Shown: positions 1-8,028 of the stretch, in pieces | Position numbering within the stretch: position 1 is the first letter of the stretch | Layout of the letters: the number at the start of each line of letters is the position of its first letter | DNA from: an uncultured Leptospirales bacterium | GTDB lineage: Bacteria > Spirochaetota > UBA4802 > UBA5550 | Assembly (NCBI GenBank): GCA_964514165.1 | Contig: CAZEPS010000003.1 | Location: forward strand, 1-50,168 | Direction: 5' to 3' | Length of the DNA: 50,168 nucleotides | Notes under the pieces: model-generated | What the model was told of the DNA's origin: nothing | Seen by the model: only the letters and a program-made list of their open reading frames with translations | Database searches by the model: none | Position numbers and translations under genes: made by a program

Positions 1-383
1 CGGTAAAAATCCGGCGTGTCAAGGTGCTGGATCATCGACCGAATCCCGTTGTTCCCCCTGTGCCCACCGCCGAACTTGTACCGGCAGTCGCCGAAGGGGA
101 GCTCTACCTCGTCGTGAACCGCGACTATTCTGTCCGTTGACACCCGGTAATAGGAGGCTGCCTCGCTGACGCTCTGGCCGCTGTTGTTCATATAGGTCTG
201 GGGAAGAAGGAGGAGCAGGTCCGAGTTGTTGATTGAGCCGGTCCCGGAAAGCGCGGAAAACTGTTTCTTCTTCAGCGAGATCGAATGCCTCTCGGCCAGG
301 TACTCCCCGATCATGAAGCCGATATTATGCCGGTTGTTTCGGTATTTTCGTCCGGGGTTTCCAAGGCAGGCGACTATGTACAC
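1..383 (-). CDS. pth: peptidyl-tRNA hydrolase, C-terminal end cut by window edge
   Basis: Absent from the ORF track because it runs off the edge. Hand translation of the minus strand from GTG at 383 gives VYIVACLGNPGRKYRNNRHNIGFMIGEYLAERH..LPQTYMNNSGQSV..VHDEVELPFG..KFGGGHRGNNGIRS. These are the canonical Pth motifs (GLGNPG, RHNxGF, MNxSG, GGHxGxNG). An in-frame TGA lies at 411-413, so GTG 383 is the first possible start. Confidence 0.9.
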   Translation of the reverse strand, partial: MYIVACLGNPGRKYRNNRHNIGFMIGEYLAERHSISLKKKQFSALSGTGSINNSDLLLLLPQTYMNNSGQSVSEAASYYRVSTDRIVAVHDEVELPFGDCRYKFGGGHRGNNGIRSMIQHLDTPDFY

Positions 384-410
384 GGTGTTCTCCGGGCTCC
401 CGCGAAAATA

Positions 411-749
411 TCAGTTCTCCTTTACGGAATCAACCGCTCCCTGGAGGGTGTCTTTCAGGATTATCTTTCTGTCCATGCCGGTGATCATGAACATTTCGTA
501 TATCTGCTTGCTTATGTTGGCGATTAACAGGTTCCGGTCAACCTTCCGGAACACGGTGGAAAACACGACAAAGACCCCCAGGGAGGAGCTGTCAATGAAG
601 CTCACCTTCGAAAAATCGAGAATGGCGTGCTTCTTTTTTTCGAAAATATCATTAAGCTGTTTCTCGATTTTTTCCCGGTGCTCTGCCGTGAGGGAGCCCT
701 CAAAGTAGATGACAACGTAATTGCTTCCTTCGTCAGTTGTGTATTTCAT
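411..749 (-). CDS. STAS-domain protein (anti-sigma-factor antagonist family)
   Basis: Track ORF 411..821 starts at a TTG. The ATG at 749 gives a typical ~112-aa STAS protein. It has the VSFIDSSSLGVFV motif with the phosphorylatable-Ser region typical of SpoIIAA/RsbV-like proteins. It lies 27 nt upstream of pth on the same strand. Confidence 0.75.
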   Translation of the reverse strand: MKYTTDEGSNYVVIYFEGSLTAEHREKIEKQLNDIFEKKKHAILDFSKVSFIDSSSLGVFVVFSTVFRKVDRNLLIANISKQIYEMFMITGMDRKIILKDTLQGAVDSVKEN

Positions 750-870
750 CGCTTTTTTAAAATCTTCCTGTTGATGATTACAGACAAATAAAAGACAGTT
801 TGACCGGTCGCTGTTTGTCAAGAGCTATTACCCGGTTTGGCATTTTTTTTGAAGAGGAAGTCGAGAAATC

Positions 871-2046
871 TTAAATGAAGTTCCAGAGGATCTGCAAGAC
901 CCCCTCGTCTATGGAACCGTAATTTCTTACAATCTCGGCTTTCACCGATTCCACCTGGGGGTCGTGGCGAAAATCTTCTACTGAATGATACCGGTTCAGC
1001 CTCCTCCCGATAATGAAGGATTCCCGATCACCGGGCTCCATGTCGAGAAAGCTGTCTATCAGCTCCAGCATTGCCGGCCTGTCTTCCGGGAGCCTCCCCT
1101 CCACCTCACCGAGGAGGTTCATTATATGGTCGCTCTTTACCGTGCTGGTGATTCCGTCAAGGGCTTCGATAAAAAGGCGCAGTTCCTCGACCTTTTCCAG
1201 TTCTCCCGGAGTGGTCCATTCACCCCGTGACATCATCTCGAAGAGGGGGGTTCCCGGCACCGGTATCACGCTCCGTATCCGTATAAAGGTCGGATTCACC
1301 GCGTTCAGGACCTTTGCCGATTCAAGGGCGTTCTCCCTGAGGAGTTCTTTCCCCCCGAGGCCGGGCATATAGTATTCGGAGAGTTCGCACCCGGCTTCTA
1401 TTACCCGTCTGCCTGCCAGAATCTGCTCCTCCCGGGTGACCCCCTTGTTCACCAGGGCCAGGACCAGGTCTGAGCCGGATTCCATACCGATGTGAATCCT
1501 GTTCAGCCCGGCTTCCGCCAGATCACGCATTTCTCCCGGGGATTTCCTGCTGACGGTCTTCGCCCTGGCATAGGTGGTGATCCGATCGATGGATGGAAAT
1601 TTCTTTTTCATGTACCGGAGGATCTCAACGACCCGTTCTGTTTTTAAAACCAGGGAATCCGCGTCCTGGAGGAAGAGGCTCCTGAGCCCGTAATACATCC
1701 AGAAAGCCACCTGGCGGATGTCCTGCTCCCTGAAATCCGGTCTGTCAATGTTTTTGATGATACGAAAAATCCCCTTCTCGAGATCGTCCAGGTGGCCGGT
1801 CTCCGCAGCAGCCGAGCGTATGGCGTCGGCGATAAGGGCCATGGCGTCGATATCCTTCTTCACATCTTCGACCGACCGGTGTGAAAACTTCTGGTTCTTG
1901 TAAACCGGGCAGAAGGCGCACCGGTTCCAGGGGCAGTTTCGCGTCAGCCTGAGGAGAATGCTGTGTGCCTCGCTCGGGGGCCGGATGGGTCCTGACTCAA
2001 AGGTATGCACAGTTGCTATAGTCCTTTTTATGGTTTTCAGGAACAA
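871..2046 (-). CDS. radical SAM domain protein (unknown substrate)
   Basis: 391-aa ORF. The N-terminal Cys triad is NCPWNRCAFCPVY, followed by a Gly-rich/TIM-barrel-like pattern (IHIGMESGSD) typical of radical SAM cores. Triad spacing is CX4CX2C. Confidence 0.7.
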   Translation of the reverse strand: MFLKTIKRTIATVHTFESGPIRPPSEAHSILLRLTRNCPWNRCAFCPVYKNQKFSHRSVEDVKKDIDAMALIADAIRSAAAETGHLDDLEKGIFRIIKNIDRPDFREQDIRQVAFWMYYGLRSLFLQDADSLVLKTERVVEILRYMKKKFPSIDRITTYARAKTVSRKSPGEMRDLAEAGLNRIHIGMESGSDLVLALVNKGVTREEQILAGRRVIEAGCELSEYYMPGLGGKELLRENALESAKVLNAVNPTFIRIRSVIPVPGTPLFEMMSRGEWTTPGELEKVEELRLFIEALDGITSTVKSDHIMNLLGEVEGRLPEDRPAMLELIDSFLDMEPGDRESFIIGRRLNRYHSVEDFRHDPQVESVKAEIVRNYGSIDEGVLQILWNFI

Positions 2047-2207
2047 TCATCATTCAATTGGGAATAGTTCAAGAAAAAAAGGTTACGGGCAGTACTTTAC
2101 CGCCCGTTAATTTTCGATGAGGCTTCTATCTACCAGTGAAAATACATTGACACCGTGCTTTTTTCTCAAAAAATGCCATAACCATATCACCCAGGCAGGA
2201 TATTCCA

Positions 2208-3695
2208 ATGGAAGACGAAAAAAACCTGATCCAGATACGGAAGGACAAAATCGGACAGATCCGCAACGAACTGAAGATCAATCCCTTCCCATACCGCTAT
2301 GACGTGACCGACTTCTCAGACGAAATCATCGATAAATTCGATGAATATAAAGACGCTGACAAAATCGTTTCCATTGCCGGGCGTATTATGGCCATGCGTG
2401 TCATGGGCAAGGCGAGTTTCTGCCACGTCCAGGACTACACGGGAAGGATACAGGTTTACCTTAACCGGGAGACCATAGGTGAAGAATCATACAGCGTGTT
2501 CAAAAAGCTCGACATCGGCGACATCATCGGCGTCAAGGGAAAGGTAAACACCACCAAAACCGGGGAGATGACGGTATTCGCCTCGGAATTCATTCTTCTG
2601 ACAAAGAACGTCCGGCCCCTCCCCATCGTAAAAGAGAAAGAGGGGGAGTTCTTCGACATGTTCGCCGACAAGGAACTCCGGTACCGCAACCGGCACCTGG
2701 ATCTTATCGTGAATCCCCAGGTTAAAGAGACCTTCATAAAGAGAATTACCATCATCAACACGGTAAAACGGGTCCTCAATGATCGGAATTTCCTCGAGGT
2801 TGAGACCCCCATACTCCAGCCCCTGTACGGGGGGGCGGCGGCGGCGCCCTTCACCTCGCACCATAACGCCCTGGACATGAAGCTCTACCTCCGCATCTCC
2901 CTGGAGCCGTATCTGAAACGACTTCTGGTCGGCGGGTTCGACCGGGTCTACGAAATAGGGAAGTGTTTCCGGAACGAGGGCATTGACCGCACCCACAATC
3001 CCGAGTTCACCATGCTCGAGCTCTACCAGGCCTACGCCGATTACGGGGACATGATGGACCTGACGGAAGAGATATTCGAACAGGCGGCCCTTGCGGTCAA
3101 CGGAACCACAACGGTCGAATATGACGGGAAAACCATCGATTTCAAGCGCCCCTGGAAGCGAATCAGGATGGTTGACGCGATACGGGAAAAGACCGGCATG
3201 GACGTTAACGCCATGAGCGACAATGAGATAAAACAGAAACTCCGGGAACTCGAAGGGAGCATCAAGGGCGATTTCAACCGGGGGCTTGCCGTTGACGCCA
3301 TTTTTGAGATAGTGGCGGAGGAGAGCCTGGTCCAGCCGACATTCGTGACCCACCACCCGGTGGAGACGACCCCGCTCTGCAAGCCCGACCTGGAAGACGA
3401 ACGTTTTCTTCAGCGGTTTGAACTTTTCGTTAACGGGACCGAACTCGCCAACGCCTACAGTGAGCTCAACGACCCGGTTTTTCAGCGGAAGACCCTGTAC
3501 GAGCAGTCCCTCAGGAGGGAGGTCGACGACGAGATACCCCCCCTGGACGAAAATTTCATCCAGGCCATAGAAGCGGGCATGCCCCCGGCAGGGGGTCTCG
3601 GCATCGGGATCGATCGCCTGGTGATGCTTCTCACCAGCGAGACCTCGATTCGTGACGTGCTGTTTTTTCCCACCATGAGGCCTGAAGTCACCTGA
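2208..3695 (+). CDS. lysS: lysine--tRNA ligase (class II)
   Basis: 495 aa. OB-fold N-terminus (GRIMAMRVMGKASFCHVQD), class II motifs (FRNEGID..HNPEFT, GGLGIGIDRLVMLL), and length typical of LysS. Confidence 0.95.
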   Translation: MEDEKNLIQIRKDKIGQIRNELKINPFPYRYDVTDFSDEIIDKFDEYKDADKIVSIAGRIMAMRVMGKASFCHVQDYTGRIQVYLNRETIGEESYSVFKKLDIGDIIGVKGKVNTTKTGEMTVFASEFILLTKNVRPLPIVKEKEGEFFDMFADKELRYRNRHLDLIVNPQVKETFIKRITIINTVKRVLNDRNFLEVETPILQPLYGGAAAAPFTSHHNALDMKLYLRISLEPYLKRLLVGGFDRVYEIGKCFRNEGIDRTHNPEFTMLELYQAYADYGDMMDLTEEIFEQAALAVNGTTTVEYDGKTIDFKRPWKRIRMVDAIREKTGMDVNAMSDNEIKQKLRELEGSIKGDFNRGLAVDAIFEIVAEESLVQPTFVTHHPVETTPLCKPDLEDERFLQRFELFVNGTELANAYSELNDPVFQRKTLYEQSLRREVDDEIPPLDENFIQAIEAGMPPAGGLGIGIDRLVMLLTSETSIRDVLFFPTMRPEVT

Positions 3696-3841
3696 CAGAA
3701 ATCAGAAGGGTAACCTTATACATACAGAGAAAACTCTTTCAGCAAATACAGGATTTTACCCATAACCAGAAACTCCAGGACGATAGTAACCTCGTTGTCC
3801 AGAAATATACCGGGTACCGATTCGTTTACCGGCAACAGCAG

Positions 3842-4027
3842 TCAAAGGTTCGCGAGTATTGCAAGGGAACCGTGAATTAAGGCTGTAATAAGCAGGGTCA
3901 CCCCGGTTTTCCGATGCACGGTAAACGATACCTTTATTATGCGATACCCGCTCAGGAGCTGAAATATAATCAGCACCATGTTCACGATTCCAAGGATCAG
4001 TATAATTGATACGCCGCCGATAGTCAT
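3842..4027 (-). CDS. small two-helix membrane protein with two conserved-looking His (possible heme-binding partner)
   Basis: 61-aa ORF MTIGGVSIILILGIVNMVLIIFQLL..HRKTGVTLLITALIHGSLAILANL, with two hydrophobic helices and one His at the start of or within each region. The ATG lies 3 nt after the stop of the upstream gene (TGAcccATG), which suggests translational coupling. The competing 92-aa ORF 3756..4034 has non-protein-like composition. Confidence 0.45.
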   Translation of the reverse strand: MTIGGVSIILILGIVNMVLIIFQLLSGYRIIKVSFTVHRKTGVTLLITALIHGSLAILANL

Positions 4028-4030
4028 GGG

Positions 4031-4411
4031 TCATTCCTCCGTAACTGTCACTTTCTGGATAACTTTTCCATCGCTACCGTGTAGATTACAGTTAGCCATT
4101 GCCTCGATTTCGACGGGCCCTTCGACGGTATAGGTAATTGATACCGAGAAATTCTCCGTGTCTGGCCTTTCAAACGCCGTATATTCCCAGCGCTTTATCT
4201 CTTTTCCGTTTACCTTGACGTAAACCCAGTCGACATAATGGATGAAATTGTTACCGTCATGGTTTACATCCACCTGTATGGTGATGGTATCATCCTTCTT
4301 GACCTTTTTCGGGGCCCGTATCTTGACCGAGGATTTATCAGCATATAAAGATGCGGCCATAACGACTGATAATGTCAGGGAGATAATGAAAACAATTAAT
4401 GTTCTTTTCAT
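4031..4411 (-). CDS. exported desulfoferrodoxin/superoxide-reductase-fold-like protein
   Basis: 126 aa. N-terminal signal peptide (MKRTLIVFIISLTLSVVMAASLYA). NHDGNNFIHYVDWVYV resembles the SOR HxxxxxHYIxWI segment, and ANCNLHGSDG matches the SOR C-N-x-H-G ligand motif. The EKHVP-type first His motif is not recognisable. Confidence 0.45.
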   Translation of the reverse strand: MKRTLIVFIISLTLSVVMAASLYADKSSVKIRAPKKVKKDDTITIQVDVNHDGNNFIHYVDWVYVKVNGKEIKRWEYTAFERPDTENFSVSITYTVEGPVEIEAMANCNLHGSDGKVIQKVTVTEE

Positions 4412-4468
4412 ACTTACTCCTTCTTGAAAATAATGGTAATCACGTTATCATGAAAGAGGGAAAAAATC

Positions 4469-4500
4469 CACAATATTTTTGGGAATACGTTAATATTGTG
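4469..4500. promoter_or_regulatory. inverted repeat CACAATATT-N14-AATATTGTG upstream of the SOR-like operon
   Basis: Perfect 9-bp arms at 4469-4477 and 4492-4500, about 60-90 nt upstream of the ATG at 4411 in the divergent spacer 4412-4747. This is a candidate operator. No known consensus could be matched by eye. Confidence 0.35.
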
Positions 4501-4747
4501 CAACAACATCCTCGATTGAAACTGAAAAATACCCAATAAATTATCTGCCAAATGGGGGAATACACCATATTTCACTTGAAAAAAACAATCCACTGAGAGA
4601 GTATTTTCACATATAGTAACAGAGTACCCGGATTCGTGGTTGATTCTCTGATACCGGCCAGGATACAATCGAGCGGGAATCAGGATAATTCATGAACATG
4701 GGAACATTCCGTCAACCATTACAGAAATATTATTTACTGGTGAAAAA

Positions 4748-6910
4748 TTGAACACAATACAACACTATTTTGCTGATTTAAGTTTAATCAGCATCGGGAT
4801 TATTACCGCTTTCGTAATGATGTATTTTCATATTGTATATCGTTACCGATATGCCATCAATATCATCTTTTCTTTCTTTTTACTTCAAAGTATTTTACTC
4901 GGATTAGTTCGCGTTTTAAGGATATATCAGGTACCATTTCCGTCCGACCCTGTCATGGCGAAGACCGAATACGCGTTGATTCTGCTTCTGGCCGTCACTT
5001 TTCTTTTTCTCTCATTGATATATCCGAGTCAAAGATTCAGGGTAAAACCGTATGTAAGTATTCTTATACTGCTCCCGGGCCTTGCACTGTCCGGAATCAT
5101 TGTCTATACAGATTATTTCATTGCCGGCCTTTCTCCCGGTGAACGGTTTTTGCCATTAAAAGGGCCGCTCTTCCTGGTTTATGTAACTGCTCTTGTGCTC
5201 TATATTTCCATATCCTTTTTTGTGTTACTGTTCCGTGTCGCGCTTATGAGGAGCAGGATACTGAAAAACGAAATATTTTTTCTGCTTTACGGCCTGATAG
5301 TTATCCTTGCCGTGGTTATATCAACGACGGTGATCCTTCCGGGGTTTTTCGGTAATAGTGCCCTGGGGGTACCGGGAGCAGCTGCCTCAGCCATAGGTCT
5401 CATGCTGCTCCTCCATCACGCTGTGTTTGACGTGTTCAGTGTCGATTTCAAAGGGTTTTATTCACAAATTCTATACTGGGCAGTTATCTTCACGCTGCTG
5501 TTTACCCCGGTTTTCCTGCTACTGCGCGTTGAATCAGAGATTATACAGATGCAGGCAGTTCCCGCCATTGGCCTCTCTATTGTTTTCTTCATGTACCTGT
5601 TCTTTGTTTTCACCTATCTCAGGCCCCGGCTGCTCCCGATATTTGAAAGAAAATACCGCTTCCTCATGTCGGTAATAACTGAACTCTTTGAGACCCTTTC
5701 AGAACATTCTCAGGAAACAGAAGGGGATGAATTCTGGAATAATTTTATTCTGATAATAGTCAATGGTCTTCGTGAAAAACTCGATATACAGCGGATCAAT
5801 TTTTATCTTTACGATATGCAGACAGACGCCTATATTTCATATTACTCGGCGGGGAGAAGCATTGTTAACGAACTCGACAGCGATTCAGCAGTGACACGGT
5901 ACCTTGAAGAGCACAGGGAAATTCTGGAAAAAAACAAGCTCTACATTTCCGAAATGGAAATTGACTTTACCGCTGAAGTAATTGAATTCATGGATACCTG
6001 GAAACTCGAGATAGCACTCCCCTTTTATGATCATGATGAAAAACTTATCGGAATCCTGTTCATCTCTGACATACCTTCAAAATATTTTTATTCCAATTCT
6101 TTTTACTCGGTCCTTGAACTATACCGGATTCAACTCCAGACTCACCTGGCCAACGAATTGATGATAGACACTGTTAAAAAAAACCAGATCATTGAACACG
6201 ACAGGATGGTGGTCAAAACAATAAAAAGCAAGATTATCCCGACTAAGCTTCACCAGATACATAATTTCAGGGTCAGTTCCATGTACATCAACAACTCCAC
6301 CTCCGGGGGGGATTACTTTGATACTATCGATCTTGGCAGAAACAGGGTGGGCCTGTTTATCACGGACGTATCGTATTCTGGTATCGAATCGGGAATTTTG
6401 TCCCTGGAAATATACACGGTGCTCCATACCCCCATGAGGGTCATCGACGCCCCTGAAAAGCTGCTCGCGCTGATGAACTGGGTAATTTCTACTTCCCGCG
6501 TAACTGGTAGATACGCGCCTTCGGCTTCTCTCGTCTATTCACCGAACGGTACGATCCAGTATTCGAACGCCGGCTACAGGCCCCTTACCATTTACAACGC
6601 CTCTGACGGTACCTTCACCAGTTACGATACCCAGGGTAAAGCGATAGGCATGGACAGAAGCACGGCCTACACATCAAGGACGATTAAAGCCCCGCCGGGA
6701 AGCATCGGTTATTTTTATTCGGATGGGTTTGAACAGGCCTATGACTCTGACGGCAAAACCTATAACCCTGACAGGATAAAAGATATCATACGGATGAACA
6801 GTGACCAGACCCCCGCCAGTCTTATCAGGATCACGTATTCGGATTTCACCAGGTTCATCTCGAATCAAAAGCAGGAAAAGGACGTTACTCTGATTATTTT
6901 CAGAATATAA
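4748..6910 (+). CDS. polytopic membrane SpoIIE/PP2C-family serine phosphatase
   Basis: 720 aa. About 300 N-terminal residues form multiple hydrophobic helices, followed by a central GAF-like region. The C-terminal PP2C/SpoIIE motifs are GGDYFD, FITDVSYSGIESG, FYSDGFEQA and KDVTLIIFRI. The start is a TTG and is uncertain. Confidence 0.8.
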   Translation: MNTIQHYFADLSLISIGIITAFVMMYFHIVYRYRYAINIIFSFFLLQSILLGLVRVLRIYQVPFPSDPVMAKTEYALILLLAVTFLFLSLIYPSQRFRVKPYVSILILLPGLALSGIIVYTDYFIAGLSPGERFLPLKGPLFLVYVTALVLYISISFFVLLFRVALMRSRILKNEIFFLLYGLIVILAVVISTTVILPGFFGNSALGVPGAAASAIGLMLLLHHAVFDVFSVDFKGFYSQILYWAVIFTLLFTPVFLLLRVESEIIQMQAVPAIGLSIVFFMYLFFVFTYLRPRLLPIFERKYRFLMSVITELFETLSEHSQETEGDEFWNNFILIIVNGLREKLDIQRINFYLYDMQTDAYISYYSAGRSIVNELDSDSAVTRYLEEHREILEKNKLYISEMEIDFTAEVIEFMDTWKLEIALPFYDHDEKLIGILFISDIPSKYFYSNSFYSVLELYRIQLQTHLANELMIDTVKKNQIIEHDRMVVKTIKSKIIPTKLHQIHNFRVSSMYINNSTSGGDYFDTIDLGRNRVGLFITDVSYSGIESGILSLEIYTVLHTPMRVIDAPEKLLALMNWVISTSRVTGRYAPSASLVYSPNGTIQYSNAGYRPLTIYNASDGTFTSYDTQGKAIGMDRSTAYTSRTIKAPPGSIGYFYSDGFEQAYDSDGKTYNPDRIKDIIRMNSDQTPASLIRITYSDFTRFISNQKQEKDVTLIIFRI

Positions 6911-6917
6911 TTAGACC

Positions 6918-8015
6918 ATGAATTTCAAGGAAAAAGCCTCGGAACTTGTCAATGTCATAAAGAAATATAAAGACATTGCCATCATCATCAAGGGATCACC
7001 TGACCCGGACGCTATCGCTTCGGCATTCGCACTTAAAGCGATATGCGACAGCATCAAAGTACGGTCATCAATTTATACCGCTAAAAAAATCTCTCTGCCC
7101 CAGAATACCGCCCTTGTCAAGGAACTGGATATCCCGATATATCATGTCGAAGACCTTGACAATATTTCAGGACATGACTCATACGCCGTGGTTGACTTCC
7201 AGTCGCCGCACCTGGAGAACATGTCCACGGTACTGCCGTGCGCGGCTCATATCGACCACCACGATCCGGTTGAATACCAGGACAGTGTTGATTTCAAATT
7301 AATAAGCACCGAGGTCGGATCTACCTCGACCCTGCTGGCTCTCCTTGTCGAAAAGCTTGATATAAACATGGATGAAGCAATCCTGGCAGCGGTTACCACT
7401 GCCCTCCTTTACGGAATTCAGACCGATACCGACAAATATGATCACGCGAGCGAACTCGATTACGATGCCCTGCGCTTCATATCAAATTATTACAACAGCG
7501 CAATTATCAGAAAAATAAGCAGGATCCCACTTTCCAGGAAAACCATCAAGCTTTTGGAAGAGGCGGTAAACAATCACATCGTCTACAAGGACTGGCTGAT
7601 AACCGGGATAGGCATCATTGAAGACAGCAACAGGGACAGCATCGCAATCATAGCTGACTTCATGCTGAAAAACAGGAACATCTCAACGGCCATCGTGTTT
7701 GCCGCCGTTGAAGACGTGAAAAACAATACCATGTTTCTCGACGCTTCGTTCAGGGCAAAAGATGAGAACGTAAACCTCAATGACATAATCAAAGAGATTA
7801 CATCCGAGGGAGGAGCCCGGAAGTACAAGGGCGCCTTCCAGATAGATCTCAATTACTTTTATCACTGCCCAGACAAGATACTTCTCTGGGAGGTAATCAG
7901 AACCACCACCATCAACATTCTGAAAAAAAGGCGTGACGGCGTCTACCTCACTGAACTTCGCGGTTTTTACAACAAGCTGAAGATCAGGTTCTCAAATATC
8001 TTCAACAACAAGTAA
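6918..8015 (+). CDS. DHH-family phosphoesterase (NrnA-like)
   Basis: 365 aa. Motifs are GSPDPDAIASAFAL, VVDFQ and HIDHHD (DHH motif), plus a DHHA1-like C-terminus with degenerate GGAR in place of GGGH. Confidence 0.7.
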   Translation: MNFKEKASELVNVIKKYKDIAIIIKGSPDPDAIASAFALKAICDSIKVRSSIYTAKKISLPQNTALVKELDIPIYHVEDLDNISGHDSYAVVDFQSPHLENMSTVLPCAAHIDHHDPVEYQDSVDFKLISTEVGSTSTLLALLVEKLDINMDEAILAAVTTALLYGIQTDTDKYDHASELDYDALRFISNYYNSAIIRKISRIPLSRKTIKLLEEAVNNHIVYKDWLITGIGIIEDSNRDSIAIIADFMLKNRNISTAIVFAAVEDVKNNTMFLDASFRAKDENVNLNDIIKEITSEGGARKYKGAFQIDLNYFYHCPDKILLWEVIRTTTINILKKRRDGVYLTELRGFYNKLKIRFSNIFNNK

Positions 8016-8028
8016 ATCAAACTGACTG

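Noticed and set aside
226-708. ORFs 226..708 and 285..527 on the plus strand
   Set aside because: They lie antisense to the clearly recognisable pth and STAS genes and have low-complexity, non-protein-like sequence.
2456-3382. Long antisense ORFs inside lysS (for example 2487..3356, 289 aa)
   Set aside because: They are fully contained in, and antisense to, an unmistakable lysS gene. No motifs are present. This is the typical shadow ORF of a GC3-biased gene.
3756-4034. 92-aa ORF overlapping the 61-aa membrane ORF, and the 84-aa ORF 4414..4668
   Set aside because: The first has an Arg/Gly/Tyr-rich, non-protein-like composition and a frame that competes with a better membrane ORF coupled to the upstream stop. 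The second lies in the divergent promoter spacer and has no RBS.
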